NCBI GenBank assembly: GCA_021613535.1
Contig: CP075494.1
Span: forward strand, 1,054,001 to 1,118,000
Length of the DNA stretch: 64,000 nucleotides
From: Adineta vaga
Taxonomy: Eukaryota > Animalia > Rotifera
Reading direction: 5' to 3'
The translations under genes were made by a program, and so were the position numbers. Positions within the stretch are counted from its first letter, which is position 1. Each line of letters begins with the position of its first letter. This document shows, piece after piece, positions 22,918-36,925 of the stretch. The notes under the pieces were generated by a model. It saw only the letters and a program-made list of their open reading frames with translations. It made no database searches and was not told where the DNA came from.

Positions 22918-24880
22918 TCAAGTGTTGAGCAAAACTTTTGTTACTACAGCACGGACTAATTCTGTTGTTCTGTCTGGATGATCTTTATACGGTATAGGTT
23001 TCCTTTCACCATCATCATTGTCGGTAAGGTAATCAATGAAAGCTGACGGATGAACAAGTACGTGAAACTTGAAAAAATCATTTCCTTTACTATCAAGTTT
23101 TCCACAGTAGCCTAATCCAGTATTGATCATGTATATACCATGTTCATTTACTAGAATTTCGCAGATGCGTGTATAGATTTGAAAGAGTTGTAAAGATGTA
23201 AAATGTACATTGTCGTTACGGAAATCCTTTAAATAGAATGTCATCTTCATCTCATAATTCGGCATTCCAAAGATAATAAGAGATTCAGGAGCAGAATGAC
23301 CACCACGACGTAGATTCCAATCGCGCAGTTTTAATTCGTTATTGGAAGTAACGAAGAGATCTGCAGAATATGTACCATTTCGATAGGACAAAGTTTCCAT
23401 TTCAATCTTCACCATTCGATCGAATGAATCAAACATTTTTTTCCATAATTCAACGGTATCGTCTATATCGTCGGGCTTCGCTGCCATCCACTAAAAATAG
23501 AAAGATCTCTTTATTGAACATCATAGTTTTACTCCTAAAAGAAGACAATTTACCATTCCACCGTATTGACCATGAGTAGTCCTCTCGACATTGATAGAAG
23601 TAGGATAGAATTTTCCTTTCAAGACGAATCCACAAATACCGTAATCCGCAGGTACACCAGGCCATTTTTCTGCTTCTTCCATTTCTTCGACGACACCAAA
23701 TGGTGGCAAGAGTTCTTTTCTCCATCCATCATTGATATGCTTAGCCAAATAGTCTACTCGTTCATTTTCTGTTTTGCTTTGATCATACAAAAGTGCATAA
23801 GAGTCCGGACTCATATTCGTTCCACCACCACAACCAGCAGAATCGTATTTAGCAAAGGTACCTAAATGATAATCGTTCTGAATATGTTCTACAGCTCGAA
23901 CAATGCCCTGTGCAAATGCTCGGACATTTTCTGGGGTGTTTTTGCGTTGTTCCATTCTACTGCAGTCAGATAGGTTTCATAGTTCTCAATTATAGTTCCG
24001 TCAGAAGCTATGCCAAGTGTAACGAGTAAATCAGGAAAGTTATGCGATTGTAGTAGAAAATGATGATCAGCCTTGTCATCCGATGGAATATCGGGTAGAA
24101 TGAGTTTGTTTGAGTACGGTTTCAATTCTTCTTTATATTCTTTAACCATTTGATAGGGATAGACAAACGTACGATTTGAATCATGTGTTAGAGTATCTAC
24201 ATGATGTTTTATCAAATCAAGATGAAATCGGAAACTAGGTATGATTTGATTGGCAGGTCGTTGTGCAAACTGTTCACAAATTGATGTGTATTCTGATTCA
24301 TTTACAACAAAGAGTTTTAAAATGTCCATTAGTTCGCCTAGAATTAATGAACGTGTTAGTGAGCTTTTTTATACATATTGTCACACTCAAAAACTATTGT
24401 CTTCGTACCTTTTTCTGTTTCGTAAATAACCTGAATAGACACCTGCTTTTGTAAACGTTGTTCAACAATTTTCTTCAATTTCACATAACTTTTCATTTCT
24501 ACTGGATTTGGTGGTGCATAGACCAATACTTTAGCTCCATTATGAAAACCAGTAGAGAACCATAGAGCACAGAGAAGTGATCGATCGGCATCGCTAACAT
24601 CGGCACCTGTTAATCCTTCCAAGCCAGACGGTTGAATATTGTCGAACATTAATATTGTATCGGCATTGTCAAATGTCTGTGCAATTCGGCGAGCTAATTC
24701 TGCTCTGTATTCTAGTTCTGCACCATGCTCCACACCCCAAGCGGCAAAATCATCGGCGGATAACTTACTCAATTCTTCAATTGTTTGACTTACGACATAC
24801 TTTTGTTGTTCAATGAGAGAAAAAAAGCTTCTCACTGTTGAATTACCATCACTTTTGTTTTCCACTTTAACAAACGGCAT
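22918..24880 (-). CDS. ATP-grasp carboxylate-amine/peptide ligase-like protein; 2 introns and one frameshift
   Basis: Introns 24338-24408 and 23491-23553 join the ORFs in frame; one base missing near 23940 (gcaaaaacacccc); motifs FAK.DSAGCGGG, VVEE, YSADLFV...DWNLRRGG. Confidence 0.65.
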
Positions 24881-26193
24881 TATTTAAATAAATAAGTAAA
24901 ATCAGTCTCTTAGTATATGTGATATATGAATCGATAATTACAATTATGTAAAGTGTAATATAAGTGTACTTGGTAAAATGAAACGTACTTAAAAGGTATA
25001 TCTACCGCACAGCAATGACTTATGGGTGTAATATTATGGGAGAGAGAGAAAAAAAATCATTGAACCATGACTATATGAAGGCTTTTATATTTTTCTTTCT
25101 TTTCCTAGATAATATAATAGTCGTACACGTGTACATGTAAATAAACAAAAAAAAATACAATGTGATGGATTATAGTAGAAAATGTTATATAACATTGTTA
25201 AAATAAAAATTAACGTTTGAAAAAAACGATGTAATCAATAGAATTATTTTATACTAGTACGTATGAGTCAGGATAGAGTATTGTTTTTTTTTCTTTCTTT
25301 TCATTTAGAATCTTTGTGATTGAGTAACAAGATTGATATAAAACAGATCTATTAAAATCTTTCAAAATCTAAATCATATGCTTTTAGTTTTTTTAATTTC
25401 AACTAAACAATTTCTTCCATGCTCTATGGTATTAATGTAGAACACATGATGAAAGCAAGCTTATTTAGATAGGCATTTAAAGAATGGCGGATGATCAATA
25501 TTAATAAAGCGCATTGATATCTATTCATCGTCTTAAGATTTTCATTGTTTCTCCAGCAAATTTGTGATAAAAAATTGTAAAATATCTAGTTATCATGTCC
25601 AAATAAAAACAGCAGGAGAAAGAATATCAATATATTGGCGATGCGATAAATAAAATAATGAATCATATATTAAGATCAGAAGAGACTATATACTTGAAAA
25701 TATCAGATTCGTGGTAACATTTTGAATACTGCAACAGTAATCTATAAAGATTCATCTATCCACCGTTTAACATACAATATTAATGCGAGATATATGACTA
25801 CGAGCAATACCAGTTATTTTCTAAATCGAAGCTATAAGAAGTAAGATACGTCTGAAAACTCTCTTCATCGATTTTGTTCAACAGGACCATTGATACACCG
25901 GTTGAGCAGAACATTTTCTCGACTTATACTTGATTTCTATTCCTTTATTCGTTGTAAACTATTATATTTACAGATGTTAGAAGAAAATATTCATGATTTA
26001 ACATACGAAGAATATTGTAACAGAAGAAGTGCGCCTATTCAGCAAATGTCTGTCAAGAATGTATTTAAATTGATAATACAAACCCATACATATAAGAATT
26101 AAAGAAAACTAAAAATTATCTATTGTTTTTAACAGATCTTGAAAATGCCGTAACAATTTTACACTTAATGAAGCTCGTCTGAATCAGTTTTTC

Positions 26194-26530
26194 TTAACCC
26201 TTTTCAGCGGGCTACCAGAAGATAGCATGTAAATCAACTCTACTTCGTTATATTCTTTGTCTTTTAGCAACATCAGGCCGTAAGGATACAAAAATTTGGA
26301 AATTAATCCTAAAATATATTGAAGCTGTTTTTGTGCATGTATGAAACAAGCTCCTTCATGTCTTTATATTCAATAAAGTTTTTTTCTTTTAAGTAGTATT
26401 TATTCAAGTGAATCAACGAACCGTACACTTGCATACACATGGTGGTAGGTTGCATATGGATAAATGTCTTTTATACATGTTTTTTTTATGACGCTGCAGT
26501 ACACAATTTGTCCTTTCTTTACATTCTACG
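26194..26530 (-). mobile_element. Possible degraded piggyBac 3' end
   Basis: TTAA-CCCTTT terminus-like site at 26194, plus a frameshifted Cys-containing stretch (RTNC..YCS..KK.C.K) ~300 nt upstream on the minus strand; same layout as the 38733 element. Confidence 0.25.
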
Positions 26531-27259
26531 CCCAAATATAATAAAAAAACAAACGCGTATATCATAAGCGAATGTGAAGAAAAGTGACGGTTTGCTTGAT
26601 AATGTAGGAAATTGTAGAAATATAGTTATTAATGTGAGCTTGAGTAAAAGATACTTGCCCCACCCTCCAAACAACCTGTTTTTAGCGTAACTCGATCATA
26701 ATGAAAGTTTCCAATTGTTATCTATTCAAAATTCTTGTAACGATAGATTATATGTAAAATTTCTTTAGATAAATTAATAATTTTAAACCGATTTAACGTA
26801 TGAGTCAGCGGTCTTAATGAAAGTTTGTTAAAAAAATAATCATCTGTCCTTGTATTTTATAGAAAGCAAGGAGAAAATAATTTCTTTTACTGACATAATG
26901 TTCGCCTTCTTTTTTTTTCTTTCTACAAAAGTACATTAAACATTGTGTTCTCTTTTACTTTCAATGGTTAGTATTATTTGTCGTCGAGTTATTTTGGCAA
27001 TTTTTTTCTTTTTCATTCTGCTTTTCATGACGTTCTATTGGGTCTTTGATGTTAAAAAAGAGTTGTTATATATTTTTAATTATTTGTTTTTGCATGACTA
27101 TACATTGAAGAACAAGAAAGGAAGAAAGAAAAAAAAACGATAACTATGTAAAATAATCGTCATATTTTTTTTTATAAAATTCATCGTTGGGCTTTGACAA
27201 TTTTCGGAATAATAAAAAACGATTGATTTTACTTATTTTTAGATAATAATAAGAAAAAA

Positions 27260-28827
27260 ATGAGTATTGAATCATCTGTTGAGGATTTTGATGAAATCTT
27301 AGTGGATGAATTCATTGATCTTGATGATTTATTTTCTTTACCATTTGATTTCATATCGAATGATGATGAGACAATTATAGAAGACAATCAAACAATATTA
27401 TCTATACCCATGGTAATACTTTTTTTTTCTATAAAAAACTAAGAATAAAATGAAAATCTTTATCAATATGAATGAATTTGTATTTAGATCAATGAAACAT
27501 TATCTCCACCAAGTTCATCTGATGTTGATTATTTATCTAATCTTATTTGTCGTGTTTGTGGTGCTCAAGCATATGGTCATAATTTCGATCAAATCACTTG
27601 TGAATCATGTAAAGCATTTTTTCGTCGAAATGCATTGAAAAATTTGGTAAATATATTTTTCTTGAATGCTATTCGTTAGGCAGGGGGAGAGAGGTGATTC
27701 GTAAGAAGTTCTAATTTTGATAGTAAAAGATTTTCTATTTCCACTCATGCGTTACATTGCTCCAGGTTTATTTCATTTGTTAGTCTGATTTAAAATGTCG
27801 TTATTCTGGTTCATGTATTATAATTGAACGAACACGACGTCGATGTACATATTGTCGATTAAAGAAATGTTTTGATATTCAAATGCGTAAAGATTGGATT
27901 CGAACAAAAGAAGAACAACAATTAAGACAAATGATACAATTAGAAAAAGAACAAAGAAAATCAACAAACGGAAAACAAATATTACAAACATTACCAATTG
28001 TTGTTCGAAAGAAAAGACGTTTAACAACTCTAATGAAAACCCTTCCATCTTTACAAGTAAATAATTATTGATTTCTCAATTCTTTTATTTTTTTATCTTC
28101 TAATTTTAAGATAAATTCATTTCATTCCAAACATTTCTTATCAAATGATGATGGAATATTATTAAATAATATAACAAATGCTTATCAAAATGGAATAAGT
28201 GAAACTGATGGTTTTAGAATTTATAAATGCTTATCATCATCTTTAGTTGAATATATGAATGATGAAAGTAAAGTACATGAATCATTAATTCATTTTTTTA
28301 AATCTATTCCACAATTTAAACAAATTAATTCATCCGATCAAATTTTATTGATTAAATTTAATCAAATGGATCTTATTCATTTACATTATATCTTAATACG
28401 AAATTTTCGTGAAAATCTTCTTGTTGGACAAGTTATGTCCAAATGGATTAGTACAGATTTTCATGAACAAATGTCGAAAACACGTCATTATTTCGATATT
28501 TTTATTGAATATCCACTTGTTTTAAAATTAACACTTATCGTTCTTCTATTTTCAACAAGTTTATCAATACCAAAACAAAATGATCAATTTATTTATTTTA
28601 AAAATCGAAAACAAATTTACGAATATCAAAATTATTATATTTCATTATTATGGCGTTATTTAAATCATTTATTTGAAGGAAAACAAGCGATTCGATCATT
28701 ACAAATAATTATTACACAAATGTTACGTTTTCAAACATTAATGAATTATTTTGAACAATTTGTACAACAAGATAAACATCGTCATTCATTTAATCAGTTG
28801 ATGAAATCGCTTATTCAATTTGAATAA
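27260..28827 (+). CDS. Nuclear hormone receptor, NR1J (HR96/DAF-12/NHR-8)-like; 4 exons
   Basis: Zinc fingers CRVCG...GHNFDQITCESCKAFFRR (P-box ESCKA) and C....C......RRRCTYCRLKKC; LBD signature FFKSIPQF.....DQILLIK. Confidence 0.9.
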
Positions 28828-29022
28828 AAATTTCTTGAATTGAGACAAAGTATTGAAATTCGTCACTCATAGATGAGAGATGAATGATTATTTCGCTTTG
28901 CATTATTTATTTTTTGTTATGTGTAATATTACGCGAGATTTTAGGAAATAACGAGAGTGGACTAGTGTTGATTAGATGAATACACTAACCCACACCCAGA
29001 TTATATATAAAACGATTAGTTA

Positions 29023-32000
29023 CTAACAGACATTCAAGAAAACAGACAAATCACCAGAATCTTTGTCCGTTACTAATAAATCCAGTTTGTTATCAAAGTT
29101 GAAGTCACCATATATTATACAGTACGGGGCAGTTCCAGTGATATACTTATTTTGAGGCTGAAAGATTCCATTACCATTGCCAAGCAATACGCTAATGGTA
29201 CTGTCACCTTGATTGGCTACTGCCAGATCGAGTTTGTTGTCATTATTAAAATCAGATGATATCACAAACCGTGGAGCGTCACCAACAATATAGTTTATTG
29301 CAGTCAGAAAAATTCCATTGCCATTGTTCAACAAAATACTAACAGTGTTATCCTTGAGGTTAGTCACTGCCAGATCTGATTTACTATCATTGTTAAAATC
29401 CGCTGATATCGCGGATATTGGTTTATTACCAACTGTATAATTCATTGGAGTCTGAAAGCTTCCGTCTCCCTTACCAAAAAAGACACTAATATTGTCGTCA
29501 TTATAGCTAACTACTGCCAGATCTACTTTATCGTCGTTATTGTAATCAGCTGATGTTACAAAGTATGGAATGCGAATACCTGTAAGGTTTCCTATAGTCT
29601 GAAAGATCCCATTTCCAATGTTAAGCAGAATGCTGACAGAATTGTCGTTCAAATTTACCACTGCGAGATCGGATCGACGATCATTGTTAAAATCAGCTGA
29701 TATCACACAGATAGGATATCCACCAACAGTATAATTCATAGGAATCTGAAAGCTTCCATTTCCATAGCCTAATAAAACGGTGACTGTATTACCATCTAAA
29801 TTAGTCACTGCGAGATCGAGTTTGTTATCATTATTGAAATCAGCAGATGTTGCAGAGAATGGCTTCTTATCAACTGTATAGTTCATTGGATTTCGAAAGA
29901 TTCCATTTTCATTGTTAAGTAGTATCTTGACAGTATTGCCACTGGCGTCGATCGCTGCTAGATCCAGTTTATTATCATTGTCGAAGTCAGTTGATATTAT
30001 AGAACTCACTAGTCCAAGAAGTTTATAGCGTCTTGAAATCAGAAAGGTTCCATTGCCACTACCACTCAACACATAAATAGTACCACTTAAGTAATCTGCT
30101 ACGGCGAGATCGGGTTTATAATCGTTATTGAAATCAGCAGATATTAAACACGTAAGATCTGTACCAACTTTATAGTTTATTGAAGATTCGAACGAGCCAT
30201 TTCCGTTACCTAGCAATACAGTGAGAGTGTCATCCTTGAAGTTGATTAGTGCGAGATCAAATTTTTCATCATTATTGAAATCAGCAGATATTATAGAATC
30301 AGGATAATTTCCGACAGTAAGATTTATTAGAGTGGAGAAGACTCCATTTCCATCACCTAGCAACACACTGATGCTATTATTGAGTGAGTTGGCTATTGCC
30401 AGATCCAATTTATTGTCGTTATTAAAATCAGCTGACGTCAAAGATTTTGGATAATTACCAACGATATAATTTAATGGCGTTTTGAACGTGCCATCGCTAT
30501 TACCTAGCAACACAGTGAGAGTATTGTCCTGCAAGCTAGTCACCGCCAGATCGAATTTTTTATCGTTGTTAAAATCAGCGGATATTACAGAGATTGGAAA
30601 ATTTCCCACTGTATAATTTATTGGGCTCTGAAAGACTCCATCTCCATTACCCAGTAGTAGAGAGACGCTGTTATTGTATGAGATGGTTACTGCCAGATCC
30701 AATTTATTATCATTATTAAAATCAGCGCATATCACACAGGTTGGGTAATTTCCAACTGTGTACTCTGCTGGAGTTCGAAAGATGCCATTACCATTGCCAA
30801 ACAGCACGCTAATGGTGTTGTCACCTTGATTGGCAACTGCCATATCCTGATTTCCGTCTTGATTAAAATCACCTGTTGCGATTGAGTTTGGATTTCGCCC
30901 AACTGCATAAATCCATGGAGTCAGAAAAGATCCATCCATCTTGCCAAGAATCAGAAAAATGGCGTTGTTTTCGCTATCGACTATTGCCACATCTTGAATT
31001 GTGTCGTTGGTAAAGTGACCCATTCTTGCAGAAACTGGACTGCCCGAAGTCCGATAAGATTTTGCGACTTTAAAAGGGTTTAGACATATAGGTGCTAAAA
31101 TAAAATTATTTTGACTAATGCTTTAACAAGCTTGTATTGATGAATATTTTTTTAGAACATTGGTGGTAAAAAGATCTGACAAAACATGAATGATAATGAA
31201 AACAATCTTGAAAATCATACCTGCTGAACTAACATGCGATCTTGTTCCCAAAACAGAACCAACAATAATTGCTCCAATGAGTAGAATAATCAATAAACTA
31301 AGAGGAATAATGAATCTCTTCTTATGAAACCAACGACGTCTTGTAAATATAATGAATAATCTCATCGCAATCTAGTTCGAAAGAAATGAAATAGAACTTA
31401 CTCGTTTTCGGGATAAATACGTGCACCTAAATGTCAATATAATATAGTAATCGAATATCAAATGATTAAAAAATATTTAAAATACCTTCAAACGGTGGTT
31501 CTAATAACACTTGATCTGGTATGATTTGTTTCAAATGAATGATATGAAGATCAGGCGCTGGACTAAGTTGTGACTGAACTATCATATGAGTACCACATAA
31601 AAGTAAAATTTCATCTTCAGTAACAAAATGTGAATGGTTACGTATTGTTCGACCATTAATAGCTTCTACAGAGAATAATGTTCGATTGCCACTATGGCCC
31701 AAATACATATCATTTTCAAGTACAGTTAATGAACTTGTACATGATGAAAAGGCCCACCACGTCACTGCTCTACCGACCGGAAATTCTGCACTTAAATTTT
31801 TCGTTACTCCACGCCACACAGTTAATTGTGGAACGCATGGCAATTTGACCAAAGCAGTTATAAATAATTTTAAATATTTATAAAAGAGTCGTATAATCTC
31901 AGAATCACCGTTTTTCAGAGCATGATTGAGCACCGAATAAAGACTTTGATGCGGTGTGTTCCATTCAATTGTGTAGAGGCGAATTGCAGCGCTTTCATCA

Positions 32001-32485
32001 ATCGTGAGACCGTCAGATGGTTGTTCTGGAGTTTCATTGAACGCCATTTGAATATAGAATGACAAATCATGGAGGATGTTTGTCAGCGGAGCGCATGCTT
32101 TGTAAAGTGGCAACAAAGGCTCATGAGCATATCCCACCAGAGGATTAAGATTGGTTCTAATATTACCAATGTTTTTTGTGGTTATCACAGATGAGTTTTC
32201 AGCGACGACTTCTATTAATCGAGGATTTCTTATCGTAAAGTCTTGCATTTGTACTGTTTCTTGTCTTGAATTCATTGTATAATCTATGTGTGATGAATCG
32301 CTTTTAAATTCTATATTTTTATTCATAATATATCGTCGTAAATCTGTCTCACCATCAGGAAGCATGATTGCTGTTAGATCAGTCTGTACATAGGCATCTT
32401 TGCCCATTATTTTTCGTTGATTATTCGATTCTTCATTATTGTTTGTACTTTCTGTTAATTCAATCTCGATAAGATTGTTTCTCAT
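29023..32485 (-). CDS. Type II membrane protein: N-terminal ADP-ribosyltransferase, TM helix, 14 FG-GAP/VCBS repeats (1071 aa, 4 exons)
   Basis: Exons 32485-31486, 31426-31402, 31339-31221 and 31094-29023 splice at GT-AG into one 3216-nt frame; ART motifs VWRGV, AFSSCT, TEDEILL; TM FIIPLSLLIILLIGAIIVGSVLG; 14 D(F/Y)N.D..LDLAV-type repeats. Confidence 0.88.
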
Positions 32486-32882
32486 TGTCCACCTTGCCGT
32501 AATTTATGAATGTAAATGCCAAAAACGAGATATCAAGGTCTTTCGTGCTTTCAAGTCTTTAATGAATTCTATAATGTTCTCCTATTGCTTCTTTTACGTT
32601 TCTTAATACGAAAATAAACAGAACTAGTATACACGTAATTATCTTTAAATGATGTTTAAAAAAAACGATAGATGTATAAGTAAATCAGTAAACGTACTAG
32701 ATTTAAGTGCAAATAAAACCAAAAATAAACTGAATAAAATGCGAAGGCGACTTGTTTTTATCTTTCTTGTATTATGGGATCATTGAAGCGTAGATTACTT
32801 TCATTTACCTTCACAAAATGTTAACCTCATACAATTTACAAATAGAAAAGAAAAAAGATACATGACTCACCTCTCTTACATG

Positions 32883-32990
32883 TCCAACTGTATACTATCA
32901 TTTTTTATCTAAGGTTTTCAATGAAGATGATAAGAACGAAGGCAACGTAAGATAGTTCATTGGAAACTTGAATTCAAGTTTAACACTATA
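32883..32990 (+). repeat. Dispersed repeat, copy of 60052-60187
   Basis: Shared cgaaggcaacgta..atagttcatt.gaaacttg...ttcaagtttaacacta. Confidence 0.75.
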
Positions 32991-33244
32991 CTACTCATCA
33001 AATATAAGAATTGAGAAATGACTCATTTACTGAAAAACATTGAATTTGTTTTTTGAAAATGACTGGGATTGTTTTTACAATGAAAATTTGTTTTTTTCTC
33101 TCTATGGGAATTCGAATTCAACAATGCATGATTTTCACACAGTCTAAACAAACTCCGCCATGAAGAGTAAAATCAATCTTCTTATAAATGCTTGCCAATT
33201 TTCTTTTTGTATTTAAAAAAAAAAACAAATTTCTTTTATTCAAC

Positions 33245-36142
33245 ATGGATGAAAATCTTTCCAAACGATCACATCAAGCTATTCGTTATCAAAATGAAAC
33301 CATTAAAATTGAAATAATTAATCATCATGGTATCGAATGTATATTTTTCGATGATATACGTCAATGTTATCCTAAAGTAACATGTTTATATATTGATGAT
33401 AAACAACAAAGCTTTCTTCGTGATGAAAATGGTCATCGTCTGGAACCATTATGTATTAAAGCTTGTCCTGATGAAACTATGGTTGCTTTTGAATCAAAAG
33501 ATATGAATTCAATAAACAATGAGACATTTAATAAAAATATTCAAGAAATACAAAAAAGTCTTGTACTTTTGAATAATGAAATACAAGAAAAATTTAAACA
33601 AACAATGACATTAACATACGAACTTCATGAATATACAACACCTCATTATTTCTATATTTCACAAGTACAAAATGATAATCAAAGTTTACGACAAAAATTT
33701 GTCAGCAGTGTACTTCATCGTGAATATAAATTATATTTCTTATGTGATTGTTCTGATGATCCATTACAACGACATATTGCTCCACATGATGGTTATATTA
33801 TTAAAGAACCAACAAAATTTATAACTGAATATGGTGCTAATATACGTACAACATTAAATATTATAAGAACTGCACTTCCTATTGTCGGTCGTATTGTAGA
33901 TTCACAAATCGATGATGTACCAGCATTAATTTCCGACGTTACTAATTCATTAAGTTTCTATACTTGGATAAATACAATCGATTTACTTGAACATACATTA
34001 GACGAAGTAGAAAAAACATCATTGACGACAAACACATCAAATGAAGCGAAAATAATGACACAACATCGACATATGTCATTACATGGTGCTTCATTAAGAG
34101 AATTAATCAATTATTTAGAAGGAGTTGATAATAAAAATAGTCTCGGAAATTTATATCGAAAAATTACTGATGATGGTCATGTTCGATGGGTATGTCTTGA
34201 ACATTATGATATTGATTATCATAATCAAAGAATATTTCAATATATTCAACAAATAGAAAATTTAGGAGGAAAATATAATAAAGAAACAAAAGAAGTTGTT
34301 ATAACAAGTATTAAACAAGTGCCTATAGAGATTCCAAAATTAAATTATTTATTAAAAAATGGTTTAAAAATAACAAAACTTATTATGAATGAATGTTGTT
34401 TAAAAGAAACAGATTTAAATCTTTTATTTGATATTTCTATAAATTCATTTTCAATTAATTTAACTTTTTCGGATGTAAAAATTTTCAATCGATTTCCCGG
34501 AACAAATTATATTTGTAAATCAATATCAATTTTTATTAAAGAAGATTTCATTGAATTTTATTTACCAAATCGATATACAAATGGAGATATAAAACTAATT
34601 ATTCAATTTTTATTACAAAATAAAAGTCGACGAATAATTAACATTTCTGGTATTTATCAATCTATTGATTATGAAAATAATTTTTGTTCAGAAATAAAAA
34701 ATGAATCGAAAATTTTAATAATTAATCATTTAAATAATATTGAAATATTAAATCAATTATTATCTTCAACAATTTCATTTACTCATCTTAAATTAAATTA
34801 TTGTTATGGTTCATCGACGAGTTTTTTAAATCTTTGTGATTTATTAGGAAAACATTTAACACTTAATGAACTTGATTTAATTAATTCAACTAGTTTTGAT
34901 GATGAAACACTTCTTATTCCATTATTAAAATCATTAAAAAATAATATTTCATTAAAAATAATAAATCTTAATATTTCAAATTTACATTTAACAGAACAAG
35001 ATCAAAAAGAAGCTTATCTAATTAAATTACTCAACAGTAAAACATTTATTTCTCATTTATATTTATTAAATTCAAATATAACATTAGATTTTGTCAAAGC
35101 AATTATTGATAATTTAAATAAAACAGATACATTAAAATATCTTCAATTATATAATTGTACAATAAATGATGAACATTTATTAAAACTTGTAGAACTTTTT
35201 TCGACAAACAATTTTCATTTTATTAAATCAGATGAACAATATTTTAATGTTATATCAAATCAAATAACAGAATTAATCAATAAAGGTAGGATATTTTAGA
35301 ACAAAAGTAACATTCATCGTTTCCACTCACTTGACCCTCGACTGTCGAAAACAGAAAATTATTTTCTCTTCTCAATGTTCAGGGAGTAGATGTTCCGGTA
35401 CTTTTCGATGAGATTCAATTGTAAATACACCACCCACATCCTTCATAAGACCCTCCCTACAGTCAAGGTAATTATCTTTTGATTTTATTTAGAATATGAT
35501 CAAGACAACAATTTAGAAATTAAAGATTATCTCATTAATGATCATTTAGATTTAAGTGATAAACAATTATTTGATAAAGATATGATTATTTTATATAATA
35601 ATAAAGATATTATTAAACGATGTAAACAAATTTCATTAAATAATAATCAAATAACATCAGTTGGAATTCTTATTTTAACGGATTTATTATTTAATAATAT
35701 TAATTTAGAAAAATTAAATTTTAATTCAAATAATTTATGTGATGGTGGTCTTTATTTATTAATGAAAATATTAATGATGAATAAGAATAATTTTCAACAA
35801 ATTTATCTTAAATCCAATGAAATTACTGATGAAGGTATTAATTATTTAATTCAAATATTAAAAAGTAATAAAAATTTAACACATTTGGATTTATCAGATA
35901 ATTATATTACTGATAATGGACTAAGAAAATTAATTCAAATAATCAATGATGAAAAAATTCATCTAAAATACTTTTTATTAGATGAAAATAAAGAAATAAC
36001 TGATTCAAGTATTTCTTTATTAATTTCAATGATTAAAAATAATAAATCAATAGAAAATCTCTCATTAATTAATTGTAATATTAATGAAAGAAGTAAAAAT
36101 AAACTTAGAGAAAATAACAATAGAAAAAATATTTATTTTTAA
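33245..36142 (+). CDS. RNI-like LRR protein with N-terminal TYELHEY/LYFLC/HDGY/GHVRWVC region; 2 exons
   Basis: ORF 33188-35299 (ATG 33245) joined by intron 35286-35492 in frame to L..L.L..N.ITD.G repeats ending at 36142. Confidence 0.8.
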
Positions 36143-36925
36143 ATTCAAATAATTAATGTAAATTGTGTTCTTTAATAAATTCATCAAAATAATCTATTCG
36201 TATTTTAAACGCGACGTAAATGTATCTTCATTCACGAGCAGATTTCATACAACGAAATGTAAATGACATTATAAGACGAGGTAATGTACAAGAACTAATA
36301 ATGAGATGTTTATGTTGATGAAATTCTTCTTATATTCAATTGAATTTCATAACTATACTGTTATACTTTTGCTTTATCTATCTTAATCAATGAATTATTC
36401 TTGAGTAGAATTCAATGTTTTTCTCTTATATTTGTGTATCGAAACGATTTCATTGTCAAATAAAATACGAGAAATGCTTATCTACAAGATGATTTACCGT
36501 TAGATCATTTATTTAAATATTACAAAAAAAAAGAATCAACGGAAATGATCTCTTGTAAACAAATTCAATATTAATAAAAGAATAAATTACATTTTTAGTT
36601 CTTTCTCTTTGCTTTTTATCGATTTATTTATTCTTACAGAATAAACCTTTACAGACTATTCTTCTTCTTCTTCTTCTTCTCTCTTTGTCTTATCCTGAGT
36701 TGCATATAATAACGAGATCATAGCATAGAATATCATCTCATCTATCGTTTCTTCTTTCTTTTTCATGATAGAAAATAAATGTCTCTTTTCCGACGAAACT
36801 ACAAATCCATAATACTCAATACATTTCTATCTTTTAGATGTTTTTTTCTTTAGTTATGAATTTTATCGAAAAACTTCTCATTAAATATTTTAATGACTAT
36901 TCTATATTGATCTTTTAGATATAAT

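Noticed and set aside
23930-23950. Programmed -1 ribosomal frameshift at gcaaaaacacccc
   Set aside because: No in-frame X XXY YYZ heptamer; a one-base loss in a homopolymer is simpler
22918-24880. Operon-like or viral cluster of four tightly packed ORFs
   Set aside because: The gaps are GT-AG introns that join the ORFs in frame; it is one gene
14430-33026. Several TGA(C/G)TCA AP-1-like sites
   Set aside because: About six sites seen, roughly what chance gives in 64 kb of this composition
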